Part shown: one piece after another, positions 10,826 through 19,119 of the stretch | How the letters are laid out: each line of letters opens with the position of its first letter | Numbering within the stretch: the stretch's first letter is position 1 | Source of the DNA: Pseudoduganella rivuli | Lineage (GTDB): Bacteria; Pseudomonadota; Gammaproteobacteria; Burkholderiales; Burkholderiaceae_D | Direction: 5' to 3' | Length of the DNA: 24,000 nt | Assembly: GCF_009674485.1 (NCBI RefSeq) | Contig: NZ_WKJJ01000004.1 | Span: 215,076 to 239,075, forward strand | Translations under genes and position numbers: made by a program | The notes under the pieces: generated by a model | Database searches by the model: none | Told to the model about the DNA's origin: nothing | What the model saw: only the letters and a program-made list of their open reading frames with translations

Positions 10826-12019
10826 ATGCTCGATGAAAAAGCAGTCTTGCACGCCATCGTCAAACGCGTGCTCAAGCACCTTGACGCCGGCACCACGGAC
10901 AGCGCGGAAGCGCCTTACCGCCATCCCACCTGGACTTACACCGATCCGGCGCTGTTCGAGGTGGAACGGCTTAAAATCTTCAAGGAAAACCCGCAACTGG
11001 TGGGTTTTTCGCCGGACTTGCCGCATCCCGGTTCGTTTTTCACCTTCGACGATCTCGGCGTGCCGGTACTGGTGGTGCGCGACAACGACGGCAAGGTCAA
11101 CGCTTTCCTGAACGCCTGCTCGCACCGCGGCGCGCGCTTGAAAGAAGGCTGCGGCAAGGCCGCTTCGCTCAGCTGCCCGTATCACGCCTGGGGCTTTGAT
11201 TTGAAAGGCAAGCTGCGCACGATCTACAAGGAAGAGAGCTTCGGCTGCGTCGACAAGGCCTATTACAACCTGGTCAAGCTGCCGGCCGAAGAGAAGTACG
11301 GCATGATTTACGTCGGCCTCGACCCTGACATGAAATTTTCCATCGACGACCACCTGGGCGACCTGGCGCAGTACTTCGCCATGTGGGATTTCTCGAAGAT
11401 GGCGCTGGTCAACACGCATGAATGGCGCATGCAGACCAACTGGAAGCTGGCGCTCGACACGTTTTGCGAGGGTTATCATTTCGGCCCGCTGCACAAGGAC
11501 AGCGTGGGCGATTACGCGATCGGCAATTTGTCGCTGTTCGACCGCTTCGGCCCCGGCCAGCGCCATCACCGGATCGCCTTCCCGAACACGTCGATCGGCA
11601 CGCTCAGGGACGTGCCGGAAGAACAGTGGACCGATGTGTTCAGCCACTTCCAGCTGGTGCATTTCATTTATCCGAACATATCGCTGCTGGTGTCGCCCAC
11701 CGCGGTGGAATTCTTCCAGCTGTATCCCGGCGCCACCGTCGACAGCCATCTGACGCGCTACCGCTGCTACTGGCGCTCCGACCTGGACCGGCCCGACCAG
11801 GGACGGGATCCTCAGGCCCACTTTGAATTCATCCGCGAGGTGGTCGACAAGGAAGACTACTGGGTCAGCGCCAACGTGCAAAAGTCGCTGAGCGCCAACA
11901 TCAAGCCGTTCTCGACCTTTGGACGCAACGAACCGGCGCTGATCAATATGCACCAGGCCTTCCTGCGTGGCGCCGGCATGACGCCCGAACAGGCGCAACT
12001 CGAAAAAGTGGGCGCCTGA
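10826..12019 (+). CDS. Rieske [2Fe-2S] non-heme-iron oxygenase, catalytic alpha subunit (second copy)
   Basis: Rieske motif CSHRGARL...CPYHAWGF and iron motif NWKLALDTFCEGYHFGPLH (H-x4-H). Start placed at the ATG preceded by GGAG; the ORF track begins 51 nt upstream at a non-ATG codon. Confidence 0.9.
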   Translation: MLDEKAVLHAIVKRVLKHLDAGTTDSAEAPYRHPTWTYTDPALFEVERLKIFKENPQLVGFSPDLPHPGSFFTFDDLGVPVLVVRDNDGKVNAFLNACSHRGARLKEGCGKAASLSCPYHAWGFDLKGKLRTIYKEESFGCVDKAYYNLVKLPAEEKYGMIYVGLDPDMKFSIDDHLGDLAQYFAMWDFSKMALVNTHEWRMQTNWKLALDTFCEGYHFGPLHKDSVGDYAIGNLSLFDRFGPGQRHHRIAFPNTSIGTLRDVPEEQWTDVFSHFQLVHFIYPNISLLVSPTAVEFFQLYPGATVDSHLTRYRCYWRSDLDRPDQGRDPQAHFEFIREVVDKEDYWVSANVQKSLSANIKPFSTFGRNEPALINMHQAFLRGAGMTPEQAQLEKVGA

Positions 12020-12020
12020 C

Positions 12021-12731
12021 ATGAAGCGCGTCGACGGCAAAGTCGTGCTGGTCACGGGCGCGGCTTCCGGGCTGGGCCGGGCCGATGCCCTGCTGCTGGC
12101 CCGCGAAGGGGCGCACATCGTGGTGAGCGACATCAACGAAGAAGCGGGACGCCAGGTGGCGCTGGAATGCGGCGGCGTGTTCGTGCGCCACGACGTGACC
12201 AGCGAAGCCGACTGGCGGCGTGTGGTCGCTGTGGCGGTGGAACGGTACGGCCGGCTCGACGTGCTGGTCAACAATGCCGGCATCGTGATTCCCGCCAATA
12301 TCGAGACCACGACGCTGGAGCAATACCGGCTGCTCAACGCGATCCACGCCGAAGGCACGTTTCTCGGCTGCCAGGCCGCACTCGGGGCCATGAAGGAACG
12401 CGGCGGCGCGATCATCAATATCGCTTCGATCACGGCGTTGCGCGGCTCGCCCCAGGTGCTGGCCTATGCGGCGGCCAAGGGCGCGATCCGGTCGCTGAGC
12501 CAGTCGGTGGCGGCGCACTGTATCGATAAAGGCTACCCGGTCCGTTGCAACGCGATCTTTCCCGGCGTGATGGCGACCCCGCTGGTGATCGCGGTGGTGG
12601 GCGAGAACTACCCCGGTGCGGGGCAGCCGGACGACGTGGCGAACATGGTGCTGTTCCTGGCGTCGGATGAGTCGCGCTTCGTCAATGGCGCTGAATTCGT
12701 GGTCGACAACGGCGCCTCGATGCGGCTGTAA
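12021..12731 (+). CDS. short-chain dehydrogenase/reductase (classical SDR)
   Basis: TGxxxGxG motif VLVTGAASGLGRA, plus NNAG and catalytic YAAAKGA (YxxxK). Starts 1 nt after the upstream stop. Confidence 0.9.
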   Translation: MKRVDGKVVLVTGAASGLGRADALLLAREGAHIVVSDINEEAGRQVALECGGVFVRHDVTSEADWRRVVAVAVERYGRLDVLVNNAGIVIPANIETTTLEQYRLLNAIHAEGTFLGCQAALGAMKERGGAIINIASITALRGSPQVLAYAAAKGAIRSLSQSVAAHCIDKGYPVRCNAIFPGVMATPLVIAVVGENYPGAGQPDDVANMVLFLASDESRFVNGAEFVVDNGASMRL

Positions 12732-12783
12732 AACTATACCGGCGGGCCGCCACGCGCAGGCCACGTCGAACCAGGAGACAGAG

Positions 12784-13554
12784 ATGACTGAAGCACCGCA
12801 GCACAAGGGCGCCATCGACGGCGTGTTGATCGCCTCCGGCAAGTACCACGATATCGATTTCGCACGGCTTGAACTGCTTAAATTGTTCGCCGAGGATGAA
12901 CACGTTCGCATCCGCGTGTTTGAAGACTACGCCAACCTCGATGCGATCCGCAACGCCAGTTTCCTCGTCACGTACACGTGCGACGTCGTGCCCAGCCTGG
13001 AACAGCAGGAAGCCTTGCGCAACTGGGTCGAAGCGGGCGGGCGCTGGTATGCGCTGCACGGCACCAGTTCCATCCTGCGCTTTCTCTCCAACGGCCTGGT
13101 CGATTCGCCGGACTGGGCGCCGCACCTGATGGAGACGCTGGGTTCGCAATTCATAGCGCACCCGCCGATTGCGCCATACCGGGTCGAGGTGGCCGACGCG
13201 GATCACCCGCTGGTGCGCGGCATTGAACCGTTCGAAGTGACGGACGAACTGTACTTGTCCGACATCCACGCCGACTTGCACGTGCTGCTCGATGCGCGAT
13301 TCGAGGGCGAGGCGACGGGCTTTGCGCGCGCCGACTGGCCCAAGGCCCGCCATCCTGTGTTTTACCTGCGCACCATCGGCCGGGGCGCGGTGCTGTACCT
13401 GACGCTCGGCCATTGCCGCGGCCACCACGACATGCGCCCGCTGATGGCGCACTGGCCCGAAGTCCAGCGCTGCGCATGGGAATTGCCTGTGTTTTATGAG
13501 CTGTTGCGGCGCGGTATTTCATGGTCGAAAGCAGCCGAACCATCCCCGAAGTAA
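12784..13554 (+). CDS. ThuA-like domain protein (class-I glutamine-amidotransferase-like fold, function unknown)
   Basis: Start at ATG 12784, preceded by AGGAG. The pattern VLIASGKYHDIDFAR...FLVTYTCD...WVEAGGRWYALHGT...F.AHPP resembles ThuA/trehalose-utilisation-domain proteins. Recognition is by eye only. Confidence 0.55.
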   Translation: MTEAPQHKGAIDGVLIASGKYHDIDFARLELLKLFAEDEHVRIRVFEDYANLDAIRNASFLVTYTCDVVPSLEQQEALRNWVEAGGRWYALHGTSSILRFLSNGLVDSPDWAPHLMETLGSQFIAHPPIAPYRVEVADADHPLVRGIEPFEVTDELYLSDIHADLHVLLDARFEGEATGFARADWPKARHPVFYLRTIGRGAVLYLTLGHCRGHHDMRPLMAHWPEVQRCAWELPVFYELLRRGISWSKAAEPSPK

Positions 13555-13599
13555 GCACCCAATCATAACGATAGCAATCAATTACAAAAGGAGAATGAA

Positions 13600-14358
13600 A
13601 TGGAACTGGGACTGCGTGGCAAGAAAGTCATCATCAACGGCGGCAGCCGCGGCATCGGCCGGGCGGCGCTCGAGCTGTTCGCGCAGGAAGGCTGCGACGT
13701 CGCCTTCTTTTCACGCGACGCCAAGCGCGTCGACGAGACCGTGACGCAATTGACGGCGGCGGGCGGCAAGGTGTTCGGCGAAGCCTTCGACATGAACGAC
13801 ATCGCGGCCTACCAGGCCTGGCTGGCCAAGGCCGCGGAAAAGCTCGGCGGCTGCGACATCTTCATCCACAACGCCAGCTCGTCCGGCGCGCAGGGCACCA
13901 CCGACTGGGATTTGACTTATAAACTCGACATGCTGGGCGCGGTGCGCGGCTGCGAAACGCTGGAACCATTCCTGGAAGCGTCCGGCGCCGGATCGGTGAT
14001 CCTGATGTCGAGCACGGCCGCGTTGGAAACGTTCATCTATCCGCAGGCGTTCAATGCCATCAAGTCCGCCATCATCACGTATGGCAAGCAACTGTCGCAA
14101 TTGTGGGCGGCCAAGAACATCCGCGTCAACATGCTGTCGCCGGGACCGGTCGCGTATCCGGGCGGCAACTGGTCGATGATCAAGGAGGCGGTGCCGGAGC
14201 TGTACAACAAGACGCTGTCGGAAATGCCGCTGGGCCGTTTCGGCGCGGTGGAGGATGTGGCGAACGCCATGGTATTCCTGTCGAGTTCGGCGGCTTCCTA
14301 CATCACCGGCGCCAACCTGGTGATCGACGGCGGCTATACCAAGCGCGTGCAGTTCTAA
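13600..14358 (+). CDS. SDR-family oxidoreductase
   Basis: Glycine-rich motif VIINGGSRGIGRA, plus HNAS, YxxxK-like AFNAIKSA and C-terminal ITGANLVIDGG. AGGAG lies upstream. Confidence 0.85.
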   Translation: MELGLRGKKVIINGGSRGIGRAALELFAQEGCDVAFFSRDAKRVDETVTQLTAAGGKVFGEAFDMNDIAAYQAWLAKAAEKLGGCDIFIHNASSSGAQGTTDWDLTYKLDMLGAVRGCETLEPFLEASGAGSVILMSSTAALETFIYPQAFNAIKSAIITYGKQLSQLWAAKNIRVNMLSPGPVAYPGGNWSMIKEAVPELYNKTLSEMPLGRFGAVEDVANAMVFLSSSAASYITGANLVIDGGYTKRVQF

Positions 14359-14371
14359 GCGGGAGCGCGCC

Positions 14372-14989
14372 ATGAAGCTGCATACCTCGATCGGGCCCAA
14401 TCCGCGCCTGGTCAACTTGTTCATCGCGGAAAAGGGCTTGTCGCTGCCGACCGTCATGGTCGACATCATCGCCGGCGAGAACCGGCGCCTGCCATTCCTG
14501 GCCATGAATCCGGCCGGCGGCACGCCGGTGCTGGAACTCGATGACGGCACCGCGCTGGCCGAGACCGTCGCGATCTGCGAATGGCTCGAGGAAGCGCATC
14601 CGGCGCCGGCGCTGATTGGCGCGACGGCGCGGGAAAGGGCCATTACGCGCATGTGGACGCGGCGGGTCGATTTGCTGGTGGTGCAGCCCATGACCGCCGG
14701 TTTTCGCGGCGCCGAGGGCTTGCCGCTGTTCAAGGACAGGCTGCGCTGCCTGCCGCAGGCGGCGGACGACCTGAAACTGGCGGCGCGCGAAGGGCTGGCG
14801 TGGCTGGACCGGCAACTGGGCGAGCGGCGCTACATTGCGGGCGATACCGTGTCGCTGGCCGACCTGCTGCTGTTCAGTTTTGTCGAGTTTGGCGCGCAAG
14901 TCGGGCAGCCGCTCGATGCCGGTAACCGGCGCCTGGCCGCCTGGCACGACCGGATGGCGTCGCGTCCCAGCGCAGTGGCGACCGCCTGA
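14372..14989 (+). CDS. glutathione S-transferase
   Basis: The N-terminal thioredoxin-like GST pattern ([14 protein letters not shown]...[29 protein letters not shown]) is followed by a helical C-domain. Confidence 0.85.
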   Translation: MKLHTSIGPNPRLVNLFIAEKGLSLPTVMVDIIAGENRRLPFLAMNPAGGTPVLELDDGTALAETVAICEWLEEAHPAPALIGATARERAITRMWTRRVDLLVVQPMTAGFRGAEGLPLFKDRLRCLPQAADDLKLAAREGLAWLDRQLGERRYIAGDTVSLADLLLFSFVEFGAQVGQPLDAGNRRLAAWHDRMASRPSAVATA

Positions 14990-15009
14990 GCGCGACCGGG
15001 AGGAAGCCC

Positions 15010-16647
15010 ATGCCATCGCTCTCGATTGCCAACAAGTTGCTGGCCGCGTTCGCCGCCATGCTTGCCATTGCGACCATATTGGGGATGTTTTCCATCAGCC
15101 AGCTGGGCACGGTCAACGGTACCGCCAAAGAACTGGGGCTGCTGTGGATGCCCAAGGTGCGTGCACTGCTCGAAGTCAAGGCCGACCTGGGAGACCTTCA
15201 TGCAACGGAACTGAACTATCTGTTGTCGCAGCAGCCGGCGTCGAAGGCTGCCTACAAGACCCGCATCGGCGTCATCCTTGCCCGGCTCGGCGGCACCGCC
15301 AAGCAGTACCGCGACTTGATGTCGACCCCCGACGAAATCACCATCTTCAAGGCGTCGGCCGTGACGTTCCAGGCATTCATGGCGGAGCATGAGAAGTTGA
15401 TGGCGCTGGTGGAAAAGGACCAGGGCGAGACGGCATTGACGCTGATCCGGGGCGACTATGCGCGCCTGCTGGAGGAATTGAATGGGCAGATCGATACCGT
15501 GGTCCGGCTCGATGTCGATGGCGCGGCCCAGGCCAGCCGCGATGGCGAAGCCCGCTTTGAGGCGGCACGGCTGTCGATAGGCTTGATGCTGGCAGGCGCG
15601 CTGGCGCTCGGGCTGCTGCTGGCGCTGTTGATTTCGCGCGCCATCGGCCGGCCGCTGCGCGCGGCCGCCAGTGTGGCCCGGCGTGTCGCCGATGGCGACC
15701 TGGGCGCCCATATCGAAGCGAAATCGGCTGACGAGACGGGCCAGATGCTGGACGCCCTGCGCGACATGAATGGCAGTCTGGTGCGGCTGGTGCGGCGGGT
15801 CCGTGCCGGCACCGAGACCATTGCGGGCGGCTCGGAGAGAATTGCCGCAGGCAACCTCGACTTGTCGCAGCGCACGCGGGCCCAGGCCGGCACGCTGGAG
15901 CAGACCGCCACGGCGATGGAGGCGCTGACGGCCGCGGTGAAAACCAATGCGGCCAGCGCGCTGCAGGCCAATCAACTGGCGGTCGCCGCCGCCGACGTGG
16001 CGAACCAGGGCGGCGCGGCCATGGCGCGCGTGATCGGCACGATGGGCGAGATCGATGCGTCGGCGCGGCGCGTGATCGACATCATTGCGGTCATCGACGG
16101 GATTGCATTCCAGACCAACATCCTGGCGTTGAACGCCGCGGTCGAAGCGGCGCGCGCCGGCGAGCAGGGCCGGGGATTCGCGGTGGTGGCCAGCGAGGTG
16201 CGCCACCTGGCGCAGCGCGCGGCCAGCGCCGCCAAAGAGATCAAGACGCTGACCGGCGATTCGGTGCAGCGGATCGACGACGGCAGCAGGATGGTGGGCG
16301 AGGCGGCGTCCACCATGCAGGAAGTGGTCGACAGCATCAGCCGTGTGACCGACTGCATGCGCAGCATCACATTGGCCAGCCAGGAACAGTCCACCGGCAT
16401 CGAGCGGGTCAACCGCGCCATCGGCGACATGGACCACGCCACGCAGCAGAACGCCGCGCTGGTACAGGAAACCGCGGCGGCCGCCCAGTCGCTGCAGGAG
16501 CAGGCCGGCGAACTGGTGACATTGGTGCGCGTGTTCCGGCTCGGGGCCGGCGACGCGCCGCCGGCAACGGCCGACTCGGCGCCAGCCGCCGATCCGGTGC
16601 GGCGGGGACTGCCGGCGGACCGCAGGATAGCCGCCGGCCACGTCTGA
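15010..16647 (+). CDS. methyl-accepting chemotaxis protein (4-helix-bundle sensor, HAMP, MA signalling domain)
   Basis: Two TM segments flank a roughly 160-aa periplasmic helical region. HAMP region is [18 protein letters not shown]. The highly conserved signalling hairpin is [42 protein letters not shown]. Confidence 0.9.
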   Translation: MPSLSIANKLLAAFAAMLAIATILGMFSISQLGTVNGTAKELGLLWMPKVRALLEVKADLGDLHATELNYLLSQQPASKAAYKTRIGVILARLGGTAKQYRDLMSTPDEITIFKASAVTFQAFMAEHEKLMALVEKDQGETALTLIRGDYARLLEELNGQIDTVVRLDVDGAAQASRDGEARFEAARLSIGLMLAGALALGLLLALLISRAIGRPLRAAASVARRVADGDLGAHIEAKSADETGQMLDALRDMNGSLVRLVRRVRAGTETIAGGSERIAAGNLDLSQRTRAQAGTLEQTATAMEALTAAVKTNAASALQANQLAVAAADVANQGGAAMARVIGTMGEIDASARRVIDIIAVIDGIAFQTNILALNAAVEAARAGEQGRGFAVVASEVRHLAQRAASAAKEIKTLTGDSVQRIDDGSRMVGEAASTMQEVVDSISRVTDCMRSITLASQEQSTGIERVNRAIGDMDHATQQNAALVQETAAAAQSLQEQAGELVTLVRVFRLGAGDAPPATADSAPAADPVRRGLPADRRIAAGHV

Positions 16648-16670
16648 GATAACATTTCACGGAGAATACG

Positions 16671-17519
16671 ATGGAAGTCAACGCGGTCGGCGTCATTGGC
16701 GCCGGCATCATGGGTAGTGGCATCGCGCAGATTTGCGCAGTCTCCGGCAGGCAGGTGGTGCTGGTCGATACGTCCGACGCCGCGGTGGCGCGCGGCATGG
16801 CCGGCATCAGCGGCACGCTGGACCGCGCGGTCGGCAAGGGCTTGCTCGATGCGCCGGGCAAGGCCGCGGCGCTGGCGCGGATCAGCGGGACCACGGATTA
16901 CCAGCGCCTGGCGCAATGCGACCTGGTGATCGAGGCGGCCACCGAGAACGAAGCCATCAAGTTGCAGGTACTTAAGCAGGTGGACGAAGTGTTGCGGCCC
17001 GAGGCGATCATCGCCACCAACACCTCGTCGATTTCCATCACCAGGCTGGCGGCAGCCACGTCCCGGCCCGAGCGTGTGATCGGCATGCATTTCTTTAATC
17101 CGGTGCCGTTGATGGCGCTGGTGGAACTGATCCGCGGCCTGCAAACGTCGGACCGGACCCATGAGACAGCCGAAATCCTCGCGCTGGCCATCGGCAAGAC
17201 CCCGGTCGCGGTCGGCAACAGCCCTGGCTTCGCGGTGAACCGGATTCTTTGCCCGATGATCAATGAAGCGATCTTCGTGCTGCAGGAAGGCCTGGCCAAG
17301 GCGAAAGACATCGACGACGGCATGAAGCTCGGCTGCAGCCACCCGATCGGCCCGTTGGCGCTGGCTGACCTGATCGGCCTCGACACGCTGCTGGCGGTGA
17401 TGGACACCCTGCACCAGGGTTTCAATGACCCCAAGTACCGGCCCGCGCCGCTGCTCCGGGAAATGGTCGACGCCGGGCGGCTGGGGCGCAAGAGCGGCCG
17501 CGGATTTTACGAGTACTGA
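16671..17519 (+). CDS. 3-hydroxyacyl-CoA (3-hydroxybutyryl-CoA-type) dehydrogenase
   Basis: Rossmann motif VGVIGAGIMGSGIAQ. Also has IIATNTSSISIT, HFFNPVPLM, and a C-terminal GRKSGRGFYEY typical of the Hbd/PaaH family. Confidence 0.9.
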   Translation: MEVNAVGVIGAGIMGSGIAQICAVSGRQVVLVDTSDAAVARGMAGISGTLDRAVGKGLLDAPGKAAALARISGTTDYQRLAQCDLVIEAATENEAIKLQVLKQVDEVLRPEAIIATNTSSISITRLAAATSRPERVIGMHFFNPVPLMALVELIRGLQTSDRTHETAEILALAIGKTPVAVGNSPGFAVNRILCPMINEAIFVLQEGLAKAKDIDDGMKLGCSHPIGPLALADLIGLDTLLAVMDTLHQGFNDPKYRPAPLLREMVDAGRLGRKSGRGFYEY

Positions 17520-17521
17520 CC

Positions 17522-18316
17522 ATGGACAGCACGAACAACCCGATTTTGTACTCCTGCCGCGATGGCATCGCGCGCATCCGCTTCAATCGTCCGGCGGCGC
17601 TGAATGCGATCGACGAGACGATGGCGAAGGCCCTGTGCGGCATCGCCTTCGAACTGGAACACAGCCGCGATGTGCGCGTGGTGGTGATGAGCGGCGAGGG
17701 CGCGGCCTTCATGGCGGGCGGCGACCTGGTGAGTTTTCACCAGGACAAGGCGCGCATGGCGTGCACCGCCGATGCGATCATCAAGCCGGTCAATGTGGCG
17801 TTGGCGCGCCTGGCGGCGCTGCCGCAACCGCTCGTCGCCAGCGTCCACGGCGCGGTGGCCGGCGCCGGCGTGAGCATGGCGCTGGCCTGCGACCTGTGCA
17901 TCGCCGCAGACGATACCCAGTTCAATCTGGCGTATGCCCGTATCGCCACCAGTCCCGACGCCGGCAGCACCTGGGCGCTGCCGCGCGTGGTCGGCACCCG
18001 CAAGGCGCTGGAACTGATGTTGTTGTCCGAATCGTTCGGCGCCGAGGAAGCGCTGCGGCTGGGCATCGTCAACCGGGTGGTCACGCGCGAAGGGCTGGCG
18101 GACGCCACGGAAACCCTGGCGCGCCGCCTGGCCGCAGGGCCGACCCATGCCTATGGCCAGATCAAACGCCTGGTCCAGGCCTCGTTCGACACCCGCTTTG
18201 AAGAACAGCTCGACGCCGAGCGCAAGGCCTTCTGTGCCTGTACCGCCACGGCGGATTTTGCCGAGGGACTCGATGCGTTCTTCGAAAAGCGGCGTCCGGT
18301 TTTCAGTGGTGGTTGA
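17522..18316 (+). CDS. enoyl-CoA hydratase/isomerase (crotonase family)
   Basis: Crotonase pattern RIRFNRPAALNAID...VVVMSGEGAAFMAGGDL...HGAVAGAGVSMALACD...FFEKRRPVF. Starts 2 nt after the upstream stop. Confidence 0.9.
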   Translation: MDSTNNPILYSCRDGIARIRFNRPAALNAIDETMAKALCGIAFELEHSRDVRVVVMSGEGAAFMAGGDLVSFHQDKARMACTADAIIKPVNVALARLAALPQPLVASVHGAVAGAGVSMALACDLCIAADDTQFNLAYARIATSPDAGSTWALPRVVGTRKALELMLLSESFGAEEALRLGIVNRVVTREGLADATETLARRLAAGPTHAYGQIKRLVQASFDTRFEEQLDAERKAFCACTATADFAEGLDAFFEKRRPVFSGG

Positions 18317-18349
18317 TGTCATTGGCGCAGGTGCGCGACAGGAGCCGTT

Positions 18350-18538
18350 ATGGATACGTTCAGGAAGAAAAGCTGGAAATGGCTGTTGATATTGGCGGGC
18401 GGACTGGCTGCTGCCGCGGCGGGCGGTGTTTTCGATGACCCGGCGCCGGCAGGGCAAATCCAGGCCGTGATGCCGGACGGCTATCCGGGCATACCGCCGG
18501 CGTTCAGCTGGGACGATATCTTCAGGGCGCCGCATTAG
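18350..18538 (+). CDS. possible small membrane-anchored or secreted protein (62 aa), hypothetical
   Basis: AGGAG lies 6 nt upstream of the ATG. Basic N-terminus plus hydrophobic segment KKSWKWLLILAGGLAAAAAGGVF. Codon third positions are GC-rich like the neighbours. No recognisable family. Confidence 0.35.
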   Translation: MDTFRKKSWKWLLILAGGLAAAAAGGVFDDPAPAGQIQAVMPDGYPGIPPAFSWDDIFRAPH

Positions 18539-18567
18539 TATTGCGTTCCAACCGGCCGTCAATCTCG

Positions 18568-19092
18568 TCACGACTGCCTGCTGGAATCCATGGGGGCGAG
18601 GTATATGCGAATGCGTTCAATTGAAATCTCGATGCCGTCAGGAAGCTCGTGATGAGGGTGTATGGAGACCTGAAACTGAGCATCCGGCGGCAGCGCCTGC
18701 CCGAAGAGTTGATTGGCTTGGGACGTGAAGTCGAGGTAGCTTGTCAATCCGGCATTCGTTCCACCTGGATGAGACACACTGGCCTTCCTGAGGCCGAAAA
18801 GGGCGATACTTCCAAGATAAACCTCGCCGGCAGTGCCGCCCCCGTTCGGGCTGCGGGCCCGTATCTGCACGCGAAGCACCGTAGCGTCGAAAGTGCCACG
18901 CATGTTTTCGAGCGCAATGTAGACGCGGGAGGTTGAACCGATGCTGCTCATGGTCGCGGCATCGGAGAGGACCGCGCCCTGTAAGCGCACTGTCACTTCG
19001 ACGCCAGCGGATCGGACGGATGTGACGTTGTCACACGAGGCGATTACCAGAGGCGCCGAGGTTGTCCTCGATTTGTCACTCTTTTGTATCAT
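18568..19092 (-). CDS. free-standing paralog of the tyrosinase C-terminal (PPO-type lid) domain; hypothetical protein
   Basis: By-eye alignment to aa ~430-538 of the tyrosinase at 19900-21525. RVYIALENMRGTFDATVLRVQI aligns with QLYLKLENVRGTQDAAVLRVYI. GSIALFGLRKAS aligns with GSVGLFGLRRAS. GLTSYLDF aligns with GLTFILDI. ISIERIRIY aligns with IEVGRVSIY. It is the last gene of the - strand operon, 27 nt after the upstream stop. Confidence 0.7.
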   Translation of the reverse strand: MIQKSDKSRTTSAPLVIASCDNVTSVRSAGVEVTVRLQGAVLSDAATMSSIGSTSRVYIALENMRGTFDATVLRVQIRARSPNGGGTAGEVYLGSIALFGLRKASVSHPGGTNAGLTSYLDFTSQANQLFGQALPPDAQFQVSIHPHHELPDGIEISIERIRIYLAPMDSSRQS

Positions 19093-19119
19093 ATAGGTGC
19101 CTGTGCAACGTCTGATTTG

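Noticed and set aside
10790-12433. A 547-aa - strand ORF spanning the second Rieske oxygenase and the SDR genes.
   Set aside because: It is antisense to two genes with unambiguous catalytic motifs. Its product is Ala/Arg/Val-rich with no recognisable domain, and it would span two independent + strand genes.
14830-16641. A 603-aa ORF on the - strand opposite the chemoreceptor gene.
   Set aside because: Its translation is Arg/Gly/Ala/His-rich and low-complexity with no motif, whereas the + strand frame encodes a textbook MCP signalling domain. It is a typical shadow ORF of high-GC DNA.

The same reasoning applies to these - strand ORFs: 1224-2273, 2450-3430, 3433-4683, 5508-6377, 6407-7321, 7385-8509, 9504-10325, 11943-12911, 12682-13452, 13711-14733, 15972-17414 and 17507-18571.
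18539-18567. An expected bidirectional terminator between the convergent + and - strand operons.
   Set aside because: Only 29 nt separate the two stops, and I could not find a convincing GC-rich stem-loop or U-tract there. Termination signals may lie inside the coding ends.
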